Below are positions 15,651 through 29,178 of a stretch of DNA of 64,000 bases, piece after piece. This stretch comes from the human T2T-CHM13v2.0 reference genome, Homo sapiens. The notes beneath the pieces were generated by a model. That model had not been told where the DNA came from. It ran no database searches and saw only the letters and a program-made list of their open reading frames with translations. Both the position numbers and the translations under genes were made by a program. The DNA lies in the NCBI RefSeq assembly GCF_009914755.1, contig NC_060947.1; one strand, written 5' to 3'. Every line of letters begins with the position of its first letter. The first letter of the stretch is position 1.

Positions 15651-18600
15651 TTGTAAAGATTTTTATGTCGTTGATAGTTTCCTTAGAACTTGGTTTAATC
15701 TTTACTAATTTACACGTAAAAGATTATAAATAATTAATTTGTTAGAGATACATATTTGCTAAGGCATACAGCTGTTCATACAATTTTTATAAATACATAT
15801 CTAACAACAGAAAAGAAGGCGGCACAAAATGGCAAAATAAAAGGCTCCACTAATCATCCCTGCTGCAAGGACACCAACTTAACAACCATCTACACATACA
15901 CACAAAAAAACACCTTCATAGAAAACAAAATTCAGGTGAGTACTCAGAGTACCTGGTGTTAACTTCATATTGCTGAAGGACGCACTGAAGAGATAGAAAA
16001 AACAGCCCTGAATCACCGATGCCCACCCTCCCCTACCCCCCAGCAGCAGCTGCATGGTGCAGAGAGCTTCCTGGGGTCGGGGAGAAAGAACACAGCAATT
16101 GTGAGGCATTGAACTCAGTGCTGTCCTTTAGAGCAGAAAGGAAAATTGGAACAAACTCAGCTGATGCCCGCACATGCAGGGAGCATTTAAACCAGCCCTA
16201 GCCAAAGGGAAATCACCAATCCTAGTGATCAGAACTTGAGTTCCCACAAACCTCGCCACCAAGGCCTACAGTGCTCTGTGTCTCCAAGTAAACTTGAAGG
16301 GCATTCTAGGCCATAAGGACTGAAACTCTTAAGAGAGAGCTATTACTGAACTTGGCCCAAAGACAGTGGACTGGAGTAGCTCATGAAATACTGAGACACC
16401 AGCTGGGGCAGCCAATGGAGTGCTGGCATCACTCCTTCCCTACCCCAGGCTGCACTGCTCATGGCTCCAAAAAAGACCCTTTCCTCTTGCTTGAGGAGAG
16501 GAGAGGCATGAGTAGGAAGGGCTTTGTTTTGCATCTTGGGCACCAGCTCAGCCACAGCAGGATAGGGTACCAATAAGAGTAGGGAGTCCCCCGTTCCAGG
16601 CTGTAGCTCCCAGATGACATTTCTAGACATTTCTGGGCCAGAAGGGATCCTGCTGTCTTGAAGGAAAACACTCAGTTCTGGGACCATTCATCACCTGCTA
16701 ACTGAAGGGCCCTTGGGCCCTAAATAATTAGCAGTGATACCTAGGTACTATGTTGAGGACCTTGGTGAGCCTCTGAGACTTGCTGGCTTTGGGAGGGACT
16801 CAGCACATAACCAGCTGTGGTGGCTATGGGGCAAAATCCCTTCTGCTAGAGAAAAGCAGAGAGAAAAAGGGACTTATTCTTGCACCTTAGGTACCAGCAT
16901 AGCCACAGGGGTTTAGAGCACCAAGTGGGTTCCTGGGGCCCACTGCTCTGAATGGTGAGTCCCAGGCCAGGTAGCAATCACGACAAGCTAATTTAAGAGA
17001 TCTTGAGCCTTAAGGGAAGATCAGAGGTATTCTGGCAGTACTCTTTGTGGCCTAAGAATGATAGCTACCGAGAGAGGCTCCTCCGCCTTTGGAAAGAGAA
17101 AGAGAGTGGGAAGTACTGCATCTTGTGGTTTGAGTCCCAGCTCAGCCTCAGTACTACAGAACATCGGGTAGACTTTGAAGGTTTTTGACTCTGGTCACTG
17201 ACTCCCAGATGGCACCTCTGGACCTACCCAAGGCCTGGGCGACCCTGCTTCCCTGGAGGAAAGGAAACATCATAAAGCTGGAAGATGGCAGAGACTGGAC
17301 TCAAACCCAGAATTATGTCTGCCTGGCTGGCTTTGCCACCCACTGACTGTAGAACCCCAGGGCCTTGAAAGAACACAGCCAGTAGCCAGGGAGTGGTTAT
17401 AGCAGGCTTTGCGTGACACCCAGTGCTGTGCTGGCTTGAGGTCTGAGTCAGCACAGTCATGGTGGTGGTGGCAACAGGGGTGCTTGTGTCACATCAGCCC
17501 CAGCTGATGGCTAAGAATGAAGAGATTATCTGTATGTTTGGGAGAAAGAAGAAGAAGGGAACAAGAGTCTCTGCCTGGTAATCCAGAGAATTCTCCCAAG
17601 TCTTATCTAAAACCATCAAGGCAGTATCTCTACTAGTCTGCAAGAACTACAGAAGACTGGGCTTTGGATGCCTACTATAGCAGAAACAGCTTACATCACA
17701 GTACCCAAGTTTTCTTCAAATATCTGGAAAGCCTTCCCAAGAAGGATGGCTACAGATAAATCCAGACAGTGAAGACTACAATAAATACCTAACTCTTCAA
17801 CACCCAGACAATGAAGAACATCTAGTAGTATTAACAACATCTAGGAAAACATGACTTCACCAAGTAAACTAAATAAAGCACCAGGGACCAATGCTGGAGA
17901 AACAGAGATATGTGACCTTTTAGACAAAGAAATCAAAATAGCTGTGTTGAAGAAACTCAAAGAAATTCAAGACAACACAAAGAAGAAATTCAGAATTCTA
18001 TCATATATACTTAACAAAGAGAATGAAATAATTAAAAAGAATCAAGCAAAAATTCTGGAGCTGAAAAATGCAACTGGCATACTGAAGACTGCATCAGAGT
18101 CCTTTAATAGCAGAATGGATCAAGGAGAAGAAAGAATTAGGGAGGTTGAAGACAGGCTATTTGAAAATACACAGAGGAGAAAAAAGAAAATGAATAAAAT
18201 ACAATAAAGCATGCATAGAGAATCCAGAATACAGCCTCAAAAGGGCACACGTAAGAGGTATTGGCCTTAAAGAGAAGGTAGAGAAAGTGAGGAGGGTAGA
18301 AATAGTATTCAAAGGGATAACAAGAAGAAACTTCAAAAACCTAGGGAAAGATAGCAATATTCAAGTGCAAGAAAGTTATAGAACACAAAGCAGATTTAAC
18401 CCAAAATAGACTACCTCAAGGTATTTAATAATCCAACTCCCAAATGCCAAGGATGAAGAAAGGATCCTAAAAGCAGTAAGGGAAAAGAAACAAAAAACAT
18501 ACAATGAAGCTCCAATATGTCAGGCAGCAGACCTTTCAGTGGAAAACTTATAGGCCAGAAGACAGTGGCATGACATATTTAAAATGCTGAAGAAAAAATC

Positions 18601-20323
18601 TTTTAACCCAGAACAGTATATCTGGCAAAAATATCCTTCAAACATAAAGAAGAAATAAAGACTTTCCCAGACAAACAAAAGTTGAGGGATTTCATCAACC
18701 CCAGTCCTTTCCTACAATAAATGCTAAAGGGAGTACTTCAATCAGAAGGAAAAAAACATTAAATGAGCAAACAGAAATCACCTGATGGTGTAAAACTCAC
18801 TGGTAATAGTAAGTACACAGAAAAATACAGAATACTATAACACTGTAACTGGTATGTAAGCTACTCATGCTAAGTAGAAAGACTAAACAATGAACCAATC
18901 AAAAATAGTAAGTACAATAACTTTTCCAAACATAGTGAGTACAATAAGAAATAAATAGAAACAATAAAAAGTTTAAAAAGCAAGGGAATGGGATTAAAGT
19001 GTAGTTTTTATTAGCTCCTTTTCTGTTTGCTTGTTTGCTTATTTATGCAAATATTGTTAAGTTGTTATCAGGTTAAAATAACAGGTTATAAGATAGTATT
19101 TGCAAGCTTCATGGTAACCTCAAACCAAAAATCCTACAGTGGAGACACAAAAAATAAAAAGCAAGAAAACTAAATCATATCACCAGAGAAAATCACCTTC
19201 ACTAAAGAAAGACAGGAAGGAAAGAAAGAGGGAAGAAGACCACAAAACAACAAGAAAATAACAACAAAATGACATGAGTAGGTCCCTATTTATCAATAAT
19301 AACATTGTACAGGAATGATCTAAACCGTCCAATCAAAAGACGTAAATTGGCCAAATGGGTAAAAAAACAAGACCCATTATTCTGTTGCCCACAAAAAACA
19401 AACTTCACATATAAATACACAAATAAACTGAAAATAAAAAGATAGAAATAGATATTCCATGCTGATGGAAAGCAAAAAGAGCAGGAGTCACTATACTTAT
19501 ATCAGACAAAAGAGATTTCAAGACAAACCTACAGGAAGAGACAAAGAAGGTCACTATATAATGATAAAGGGGTCAATTCAGCAAGAGGAAATTACAATTT
19601 TAAATATATATGCACCCAACACTGGAGTACCCAGATATATAAAGCAAATGTTATTAGAGCTAAAGAGATAGGCCCCAATACAAAAACAGCTGGAGACGTC
19701 AACACCCTACTTTCAGCATTGTACAGATATTCCAGACATAAAAATCAACAAAGAAACATTGGACTTAATCTGTACTATAGACCAAATGGATCTAACACAT
19801 ATTTACAGGACATTTCATCTAAGAGCTGCAGAATATACATAGATCATTCAAAAAGACAAACCATATGATAGGTCAAAAAACAAGTCCTAAAACATTAAAA
19901 AAAGATTGATATAATATCAAACATCTTTTCTGAAAACAATGGAATAAAACTACAAATTAATAACAAGGGATTTTGGAAATGATATAAATACATGGAAGCT
20001 AAACAATATGTTCCTGAATGACCAGTGAATCAATGAAGAAATTAAAAGGAAATTGAAAAATTTCTTCAAACAAATGACAATGGAAACACAACATATCAAA
20101 ACCTCTGGGATACAGCAGCAAAAACAGTACTCAGAGTGAATTTTATAGTTATTAAGTGCCTATATCAAAAAAGAGGAAAAATTTCAAGTAAACAATCTAA
20201 CAATGCATCTTAAAAAACTAGAAAAGCAAGAGGAAACAAACCCAAAATTAGTAGAATAAAAGAACTAATAAAGACTAGAGCAAAAAATAAATAAATAAAA
20301 TTGAAATAAAAAAAAATCAGTGT

Positions 20324-20635
<312 letters not shown>

Positions 20636-21428
20636 TCAATGAAAAAAAAGAAACCCTGGTTTCTTGAAAAGTTAAAAAAAAATAACAAAACTTTATCTAG
20701 ACTAATAAAAAGAGAAATATTCATATAAATAAAATCAAAAATGACAAAGGAGACATTGCATCTGATACTGCAGGAACTCAAAGGATCATTAGTGGCTACT
20801 ATGAGCAACTATTGGAAAATCTAGAATAAATAAAAAAATTCCTAGACTCATACAACCTACCAAGATTGAACCAAGAAATCTAATACCTGAACAAACCAGT
20901 AACAGTTAACGAGATCAAAGCCATAATAAAAATTCTTCCAGTAAACAAAAGCCCAGGACCTGACGGCTTCACTGCTGAATTCAATCAAACTTTTAAAGAA
21001 GAACTAATACCAATCCTACTCAAACTATTATGAAAGATAGAGGAGGAGGGAGTACTTGCAAACTCATTGTATGAAGCTAGTATTACCCTGATACCAAGAC
21101 CATACAAAGACACATAAAGAAAAAACCAACACAGGCCAATATCGTTGATGAATATTGAGGTGAAAATCCTTAACAAAATACTAGCAAACCGAATTCAACA
21201 ATATATTAAAAAGATCATTTATCATGACCAAGTGAGATTTATCCCTTGGATGCAAGGATAGTTTAACATACACAAATGAATCAATGTAATATAAACAGAA
21301 TGAAGGATAAAAACCACGTGATCATTTCAGTTGATGCTGAAAAGTCATTTGATAAGATTCAACATCCCTTCATGATAGAAACCCTCAAAAAACTGGGAAT
21401 AGAAGAAACATACCTCAACATAATAAAA

Positions 21429-21683
21429 CCGCACGATCTCACTCATAGGTGAGAATTGAACAATTAGAACACTTGGACACAGGAAGGGGAAGATCACACA
21501 CCGGGGCCTGTTGTGGGGTGGGGGGAACGGGGAGAGATAGCATTAGGAGATATACCTAATGTAAATTATGAGTTAATGGGTGCAGCACACCAACATGGCA
21601 AATGTATACATATGTAACAAACCTGCACGTTGTGCACATGTACCCTAGAACTTAAAGTGTAATTTAAAAAAAGGAAAAAAAAA
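21429..21683 (+). mobile_element. L1PA5-like 3'UTR fragment nested in L1MA2 ORF2
   Basis: Young L1 3'UTR (aacacttggacac, taccctagaactt) with A tail, interrupting the host at cataataaaa|gtcatata. Confidence 0.85.
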
Positions 21684-24600
21684 GTCATATACAAGAGGCC
21701 AACAGCTAGTGTCATTACTGAATAAGGAAAAAACTGAAAGCCATTCCTCAGAGATCTGCAATGCGACAAGGATGCTCACTGTCACCACTGTTATTCAACA
21801 CAATACTGAAAGTCCTAAGTAAGGCAATGAGACCAGATAAATATATAAAGACATCCAAGGTGGCAATGAAGAAATACAATTATCCTTGTTTGTCAATATG
21901 ATCTTATATTTGGAAAAACCTAAAGACACCAGAAAAAAAAACTATTAGAACTGATAAATTCAAGAAGGTTGCTGGACACAAGATCACCATACAAGAATCA
22001 GTTGCATTTGTACATGCCAACAGTGAACAACGTAAAACAGAAATTTAAAAAGTAATCCCATTTACAACAGACACATAAAATTAAAATAACCAAATGAGTG
22101 AGAGATATCTATGATAAAAATTATATAAAACACTGATGAAAGAAATTGAAGAGGGCACTAAAAATGAAAAAATATTCCAGCTTTACAGATTGGAAGAATC
22201 AATATTGTTAAAATGTTCATACTACCCAAAGCAATCTCACATTCAATGCAATCCCTATCAAAATACGAATGACACTATTCACAGAAATAGAAAAAGCAAT
22301 CCTAAAATTTAAACAGAACCATGAAAAACCTAGAATACCCAAAGCTTTCCTAAGCAAAAAGAGCAAAACTGGAGGAATCACATTACAGTACCTGACATCA
22401 AATTATACTCCAGAGCCGTAATAACAAAAACAACATGGTACTGGCATACAAACAAACACATAGACCAATGGGATAGAATAGATAACCCAGTTACAAATCC
22501 ACATACCTACAGTGAACACATTTTTGACAAAGGTACCAAGAACATACACTGGGGAAAAGACAGTCTCTTCAATAAATGGTGCTGGGAAAACTGGATATCC
22601 TTATGCAGAAGAATGAAACTAGACCCCTATATCTCACCAAATAAAAAGTCAAATCAAAATGTGTTAAAGACTTAAATCTAAGACCTCAATCCATGAAACT
22701 GCTGCAAGAAAACATTGGAGGAAATCACCAGGACATTGGTCTGGGCAAAAAAAATTTCTTGAGCACTACCCACAAGCGCAGGCAAACAAACAAAAAAATG
22801 GACAAATGAGATCACAACGAGTTTAAAAGCTTCTGCATAACAAAGGATACAATAAACAAAATTAAGAGATAACCTACAAAATAGGAGAAAATAACTGCAA
22901 ACTACTATCTGACAAAGGATTAATAACCAGAGCAAGGAGCTCAAACAATTCTACAGGAAAAAAATCTAATAATCTGATTAAAAAATGGGCAAAAGATTTA
23001 AACAGACATTTCTCAAAAGAAGACCTACAAATGGCAAACAGGGATATGAAAACGTGCTCAACATCATTGATCATCAGAGAAACGCAAATAAAAATTTAAT
23101 GAAATATTATTTCACCCCAGTTAAAATGACTTATAGTCAAACAAAAGGCAAGAACAAATGCTGGTGAGGATGTGCAGAAAAGGGAAGCCTCGACACTGTT
23201 GGTGGGAACGAAAATTAGTAAAACCACTATGGTGAACAGTTGAGAGTTTCCTCAAAAAACTAAAAATACAGCTACCATGTGATCCAGCAAGCCCACTGCT
23301 GGGTATATACCCCAAAGAAAGGAAATCAATATATCAAAGAAATATTTGCATTCTTATGTTTGTTGAAGCACTATTTACAACAGCTAAGATTTGGAAGCAA
23401 ACTAAGTGTCCATCAACAGATGAATGGATAAAGAAAATGCGGTAGATATACACAATGGAGTATTACTCAGCCATAAAAAGACTGAGATCCTGTCATTTGC
23501 AAGAACATGGGTAAAACTTGAGATCATTATATTAAGTGAAGTAAGCCAGGCACAGAAAGACACACAATGCATTTTCTCACTTGTTTGTGGGATATAAAAA
23601 TCAAAACAGTTGAACTCATGGGCACAGAAAGTAGAAGGATGGTTACCAGAGGCTAGGAAGGATAGTGGGAGGATTTGGGGGAGGTGGGGATGGTTAATGA
23701 GTACAAAAATTACTTAGAATGCATAAAACCTACTATTTGATAGCACAACAGGGCAAGTATAGTCAATAATAACTTAATTATACATTTTAAAATAAAGAGT
23801 ATGATTTGTTTATTTGTATCTCAAAGGATAAATGCTTGAGGGGATGAATACCTCTTTCTCCTTGATGTTCTTATATCACATTGTATGCTTGTATCAAAAC
23901 ATCTCACGTATCCCATAAATATATACACTTACTATGTACCCACAAATATTAAAAATAAAAATAAAAACTTAAGGGGAGGGGCCAAGATATCCAAATAGAA
24001 ACAGCTCTGGTCTGCACCTCCCAGCAAGACGAACGCAAAAGGAGAGTGATTTCTGCATTTCCAACTGAGGTACCCAGTTCATCTCATTGGGACTGACTAG
24101 GTGGTTGGTGTGACCCACAGAGACCAAGGAAAAGCAGGGTGGGGCGTTGCTTCACCTAGGAGCTACACGGGGCAAAGGGACCTCCCTCCCCCAGCCAAGA
24201 AAAGTGGTGAGGGACTGTGCTACCTACCAGGGTACCATGATTTTCCCACAGATTTTTGCAATTCATGGATCAGGAGATTTCCTCGTGGGCATAGACCACA
24301 TGGGCCTTGGGTCTCAAGCACAAAACTGGGCAGACAAATGACAGCCACTCCCACTGGCGGCTGTTAGGCACTGAGCTGCAGGAGTTTTTAAATACTCCAG
24401 CGGTGCCTGGAACTCAAGTGAGGCAAGAGAACCATCCACTCCCATGGAAAGGGGGCTGAGACAAATGGCTTTGCTCAGCAGGTCCCACTCCCATGGAACC
24501 CTGCAAGCTAAGACCCACTGGCTTGAAATCCCCACTGCCTTCACAGCAGTCTGGAGTCTGCTTAAGAAGACCAAGTTCCTGGGGGGAGGAGCGACCACCA

Positions 24601-27600
24601 TTACTGTGGCTCTAGTTGGTGGTTTCCCCCTGCCAGTGTTAAAGAAACTGGGAGGTTTGGACAGTATTCCCCAAAGTGCAGCACTGCAGCTGTGACAGAT
24701 CATGGCCAGACTGCTTCTTTGAGACCTAGATCCACCCCTCCTCATTGGGCAAGGCCTCCTTGCAGGAATTCCAGCAGCTCCAGTCAGGGGCTTCGAGACA
24801 GACCCTCATCTCCCTGAGACAGAGCACATGGGAGGAGGGATGGCTGCGGTCTCAGGTTCAGCGGATCAAATCTTTCCTGACTGCTGGCTCTGAAGATACC
24901 AGCTGATCCTGACAAGGGGGATTCCCACAGCACAGCACACCAGCTTTGCTAAAGGACAGTAAGATTGCCTCCTTAAGCGGGTCTCTGATCCCATGCCTCC
25001 TGACTGGGTGAAACCTCCCAACAGGGGTTGCCAGACACCTCAGACAGGAGAGTTCTGGCTGGCATCAGGTCAGTGCCTCTCTGGAATGAAGCTTCCAGAG
25101 GAAAAAGCAGGCAGCAATCTTTGCTGTTCTGCAGCCTCCACTGGTGATACCCAGGCAAACAGGTTCTGGAATGGACCCCCAGCAAACTGCAGCAGACGTG
25201 CAGAAGAGGAGCCTGACTGTTAGAATCAAAACAAACAGAAAGCAACAACAACAACAACAAAGATCCACAAAAACCCCAATCCAAAGGTCAACAGCCTCAA
25301 AGATCAAAGGTAGATAAACTCACGGAGATGAGAAAAAAACAACGTAAAAACCCAAAAAATTTCAAAAGCCAGAATGCCTCTTCTCCTCCAAATAACTGCA
25401 ACACTTCTCCAGCAAGGGCACAGAAAAAGGCTGAAGCTGACTTGGATGAACTGACAGAATTAGGCTTCAGAAAGTGGGTAATAATGAATTTTTATGAGCT
25501 AAAGAATTATGTTCTAGCCCAATGAAAAGAAGCTAAGAACCATAATAAAAGATTACAGGAGCTGTTACCTAGAATAACCAGTTTAGAGAGAAACATAAAT
25601 GACCTGATGGAGCTGAAGAACACAGCATGAGAACTTCATGATGCAAACACAAGTATCAATAGCTGAATTGACCAAGCAGAAGAGAGAAGACGAGAGCTTG
25701 AAGACTGTCTTGCTGAAATAAGGCAGGCAGACAAGATTAGAGAAAAAAGAAATGAAAAGGAACAACCAACACCTCCAAGAACTATGGAAATATGTGAAAA
25801 GACTGAAGCTATGACTGATTGGAGTACCTGAAAGAGATGGGGAGAATGGAACCAACTTGGAAAATACTCTTTAGGAGCTCATCCAGGAGAGCTTCCCCAA
25901 CCTGTCAAGAAAGGCCAATATTCAAATTCAGGAAATCCAGAGAACCCCAGTAAGATACTCCATGAAAAGATCTACTACAAGCCATACTCACGAGATACTC
26001 CAAGGTTGAAATAAAGAAAAAAATATTAAGGGCAGCCAGAGAGAAAGGCCAGGTCACCTACAAAGGGAAGCCCATCAGACAAACAGTGGACCTCTCAGTG
26101 GAAACCAGAAAAGCCAAAAGAGATTGAAGGCCAATAGTCAACATTCTTAAAAAAAGAAATTCTAACCAAGAATTTCATATCCAACCAAACTAAGCTTCAT
26201 AAGCAAAGGAGAAATAAAATATTTTTCATACAAGCAAATGTTGAGGGATTTTGTCACTGCCAGGCCCACCTTGCAAGAGCTGCAGAAGAAAGCACTAAAA
26301 ATGGATAGGAAAAACTGTTACCATCCACTATAAAAACAAACTGAAGTAAACAGACCAAGAACACTATGAAGAAACTACATTAACTAGTCTGCAAAATTAG
26401 CCAGCCAGCAGCATCATGACAGGATTAAATTCACACATAACAACATTACCCTTAAGTGAAAATGGGCTAAATGTCCCAGCTAAAAGACACAGAATGGCGA
26501 GCTGGATACGAAAACAAGAACCGTTGGTGTACTGTACTCAAGAGACACATCTCATGTGCAAAGACACACATAGACTCAAAAATAAAGTGATGGAGGAAAA
26601 TTTACCAAGCAATTGGAAAACAGAAAAAAGTAGGGGTTACAATCCTAATTTATGACAAAAATAGACGTTAAATGAACAAAGATCAAAAAAGTCAAAGAAG
26701 GGCATTACGTAATGGTAAAGGGTTAAGAAAAACTATCCCAAATATATATGCACCCAATACAGGAGCACCCAGGTTCATAAAACTAGTTCTTAAAGACCTA
26801 CAAAGAGACTTAGATCCACACACAATAAAAGTGGGAGACTTTAATACCCCACTGTCAGTATTAGATCATCAAGACAGAAAATTAACAAAGATATTCAGGA
26901 CTTAAACTGAGCTCTAGACCAAGTGCATCTGATATATCTCTACAGAACTCCCCACCCCAAAACAACAGAAGATACATATTTTTTTTTGGTGCCACACAGC
27001 ACTTACTCTAAACCTAATCACATAATTGGAAGTAAAACACTCCTCAGAAAATGCAAAAGAACTGAAATAATAACAGTCTCTCAGACCACAGTGCAATCAA
27101 ATTAGAACTCAAGATTAAGAATCCCACTCAAAACCACACAACTGCATGGAAATCGAACAACTTGCTCCAGAATGGCATCAGAGTAAATAATGAAATTAAA
27201 GCAGAAATAAAGACATTTTTTGAAACCAATGAGAACAAAGAGACAATGTACCAGAATCTCTGGGATGCAGCTAAAGCAGTCTTAAGAGGGAAATTTATAG
27301 CACTCAATGCCCACATCAAAAAGCCAGAAACATCTCCAATTGGCAAGCTAACATCACAGCTAAAAGAACTAGAGAACCAAGAGCAAATAAACTCCAGAGG
27401 TAGCAGAAGACAAGAAATAAGCAAGTTCAGAGAGGAACTGAAGGCGATAGAGACACAAAAAAGCCCTTCAAAAAAATGAACAAATCCAAGAGCTGGTTCT
27501 TTGAAAAAAAATCAATAAATAGAACACTAGTGAGATTAATGAAGACAAAAAGAGAGAAGATTAAAATAAACACAGTAAAAAAGATAAGGGAGATACCACC

Positions 27601-28491
27601 ACTGACCCCACAGAATACAAACAATGATCAGAAAATACTATAAACACTTCTATGGAAATAAACTGGAAAATCTAGAAGAAATGGATAAATTCCTGGACAC
27701 AGGCATCCTCCCAAGACTGAACCAGAAAGAAGCTGAATCCCTGAATGAACCAATAACAAGTTCTGAAATTGAGGCAATAATAAATAGCCTACCAACAAAG
27801 AAAGCCCAGGTCCAGATGGATTTACAGCTGAATTGTACCAGAGGCACAAAGAGGAGCTAGTACCATTTCTTCTGAAACTATTCCAAACAATTGAAAAGGA
27901 GGGACTCCTCCCTAACTCATTTTATGCGGCCAACATCATCCTGATACCAAAATCTGGCAGAGATAGAACAAAAAAAGGAAAACTTCAGGCCAATATCCCT
28001 GATTAACACTGATGCAAAAATCCTCAATAAAATACTGGTAAACTGAGACAAGCAGCACGTCAAAAAGCTTATCAACCATGATCAAGTTGGCTTCATCCCC
28101 AGGATGCAAGGCTGGTTCAACATACGCAAATCAATAAAGGTGATTAATCGCATAAACAGAACTAAAGAAAACAAAAACACAGGATTATCTCAATAGATGC
28201 AGAAAACATCCTTGATAAAGTTCAACATCCCTTCATGTTAAAAACTCTCAATAAACTAGGTATTTATGCAACATACCTCAAAATAATAAGAGTCATTTAC
28301 GACAAACCCACAGTCAATATCATACTGAATGGGCAAAAGCTGGAAGCATTCCCCTTGAAAACGGGCACAAAAAAAGGATACCCTCTGTAACCACTCTTAT
28401 TCAGAACAGTGTCGGATGTTCTGGCCAGGGCAATAAGGCAAGAGAAAGAAATAAAGGATACTCAAATAGGAAGAGAGGAAGTCAAAATGTC

Positions 28492-28519
28492 TTTTTTTTT
28501 TTTTTTTTTTTTTTTTTTT
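28492..28519 (+). repeat. (T)28 homopolymer inside L1 ORF2
   Basis: Seen directly, just before gcagatgac (FADD codons). Confidence 0.9.
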
Positions 28520-28842
28520 GCAGATGACATGATCCTATATCTAGTAAACCCCATCAACTCAGCCCAAAGCTTCTTAAGCTGATAAGCAACTTCAGCAAAG
28601 TCTCAGGATACAAAAACCAATGTGCAGAAATCACAAGCATTTCTATACACCAATTACAGACAAGCAGAGAGCCAAATCATGAATGAACTTCCATTCACAA
28701 TTGCCACAAAGAGAATAAAACACCTAAAAATACAGCTAGCAAGGGAAGTGAAGGACCTCTTCAAGGAGAACTACAAGCCACTGCTCAAGGAAATCAGAGA
28801 CAAAACAAGCAGATGGAAAATATTCCATACTCATGGATAAAA

Positions 28843-29138
28843 AGGGACATGGATGAAATTGGAAATCATCATTCTCAGTAAACTATCGCAAGAACAAAAA
28901 ACCAAACACCGCATATTCTCACTCATAGGTGGGAATTGAACAATGAGATCACATGGACACAGGAAGGGGAATATCACACTCTGGGGACTGTTGTGGGGTG
29001 GGGGTAGGGGGGAGGGATAGCATTGGGAGATATACCTAATGCTAGATGACGAGTTAGTGGGTGCAGCGCACCAGCATGGCACATGTATACATATGTAACT
29101 AACCTGCACAATGTGCACATGTACCCTAAAACTTAAAG

Positions 29139-29178
<40 letters not shown>
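28843..29178 (+). mobile_element. L1PA2 3' fragment with (TAA)n tail, nested in older L1 ORF2
   Basis: gagatcacatggacac and gctagatgacGAGttagtggg diagnostics. (TAA) repeat at 29141-29176. Confidence 0.9.
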
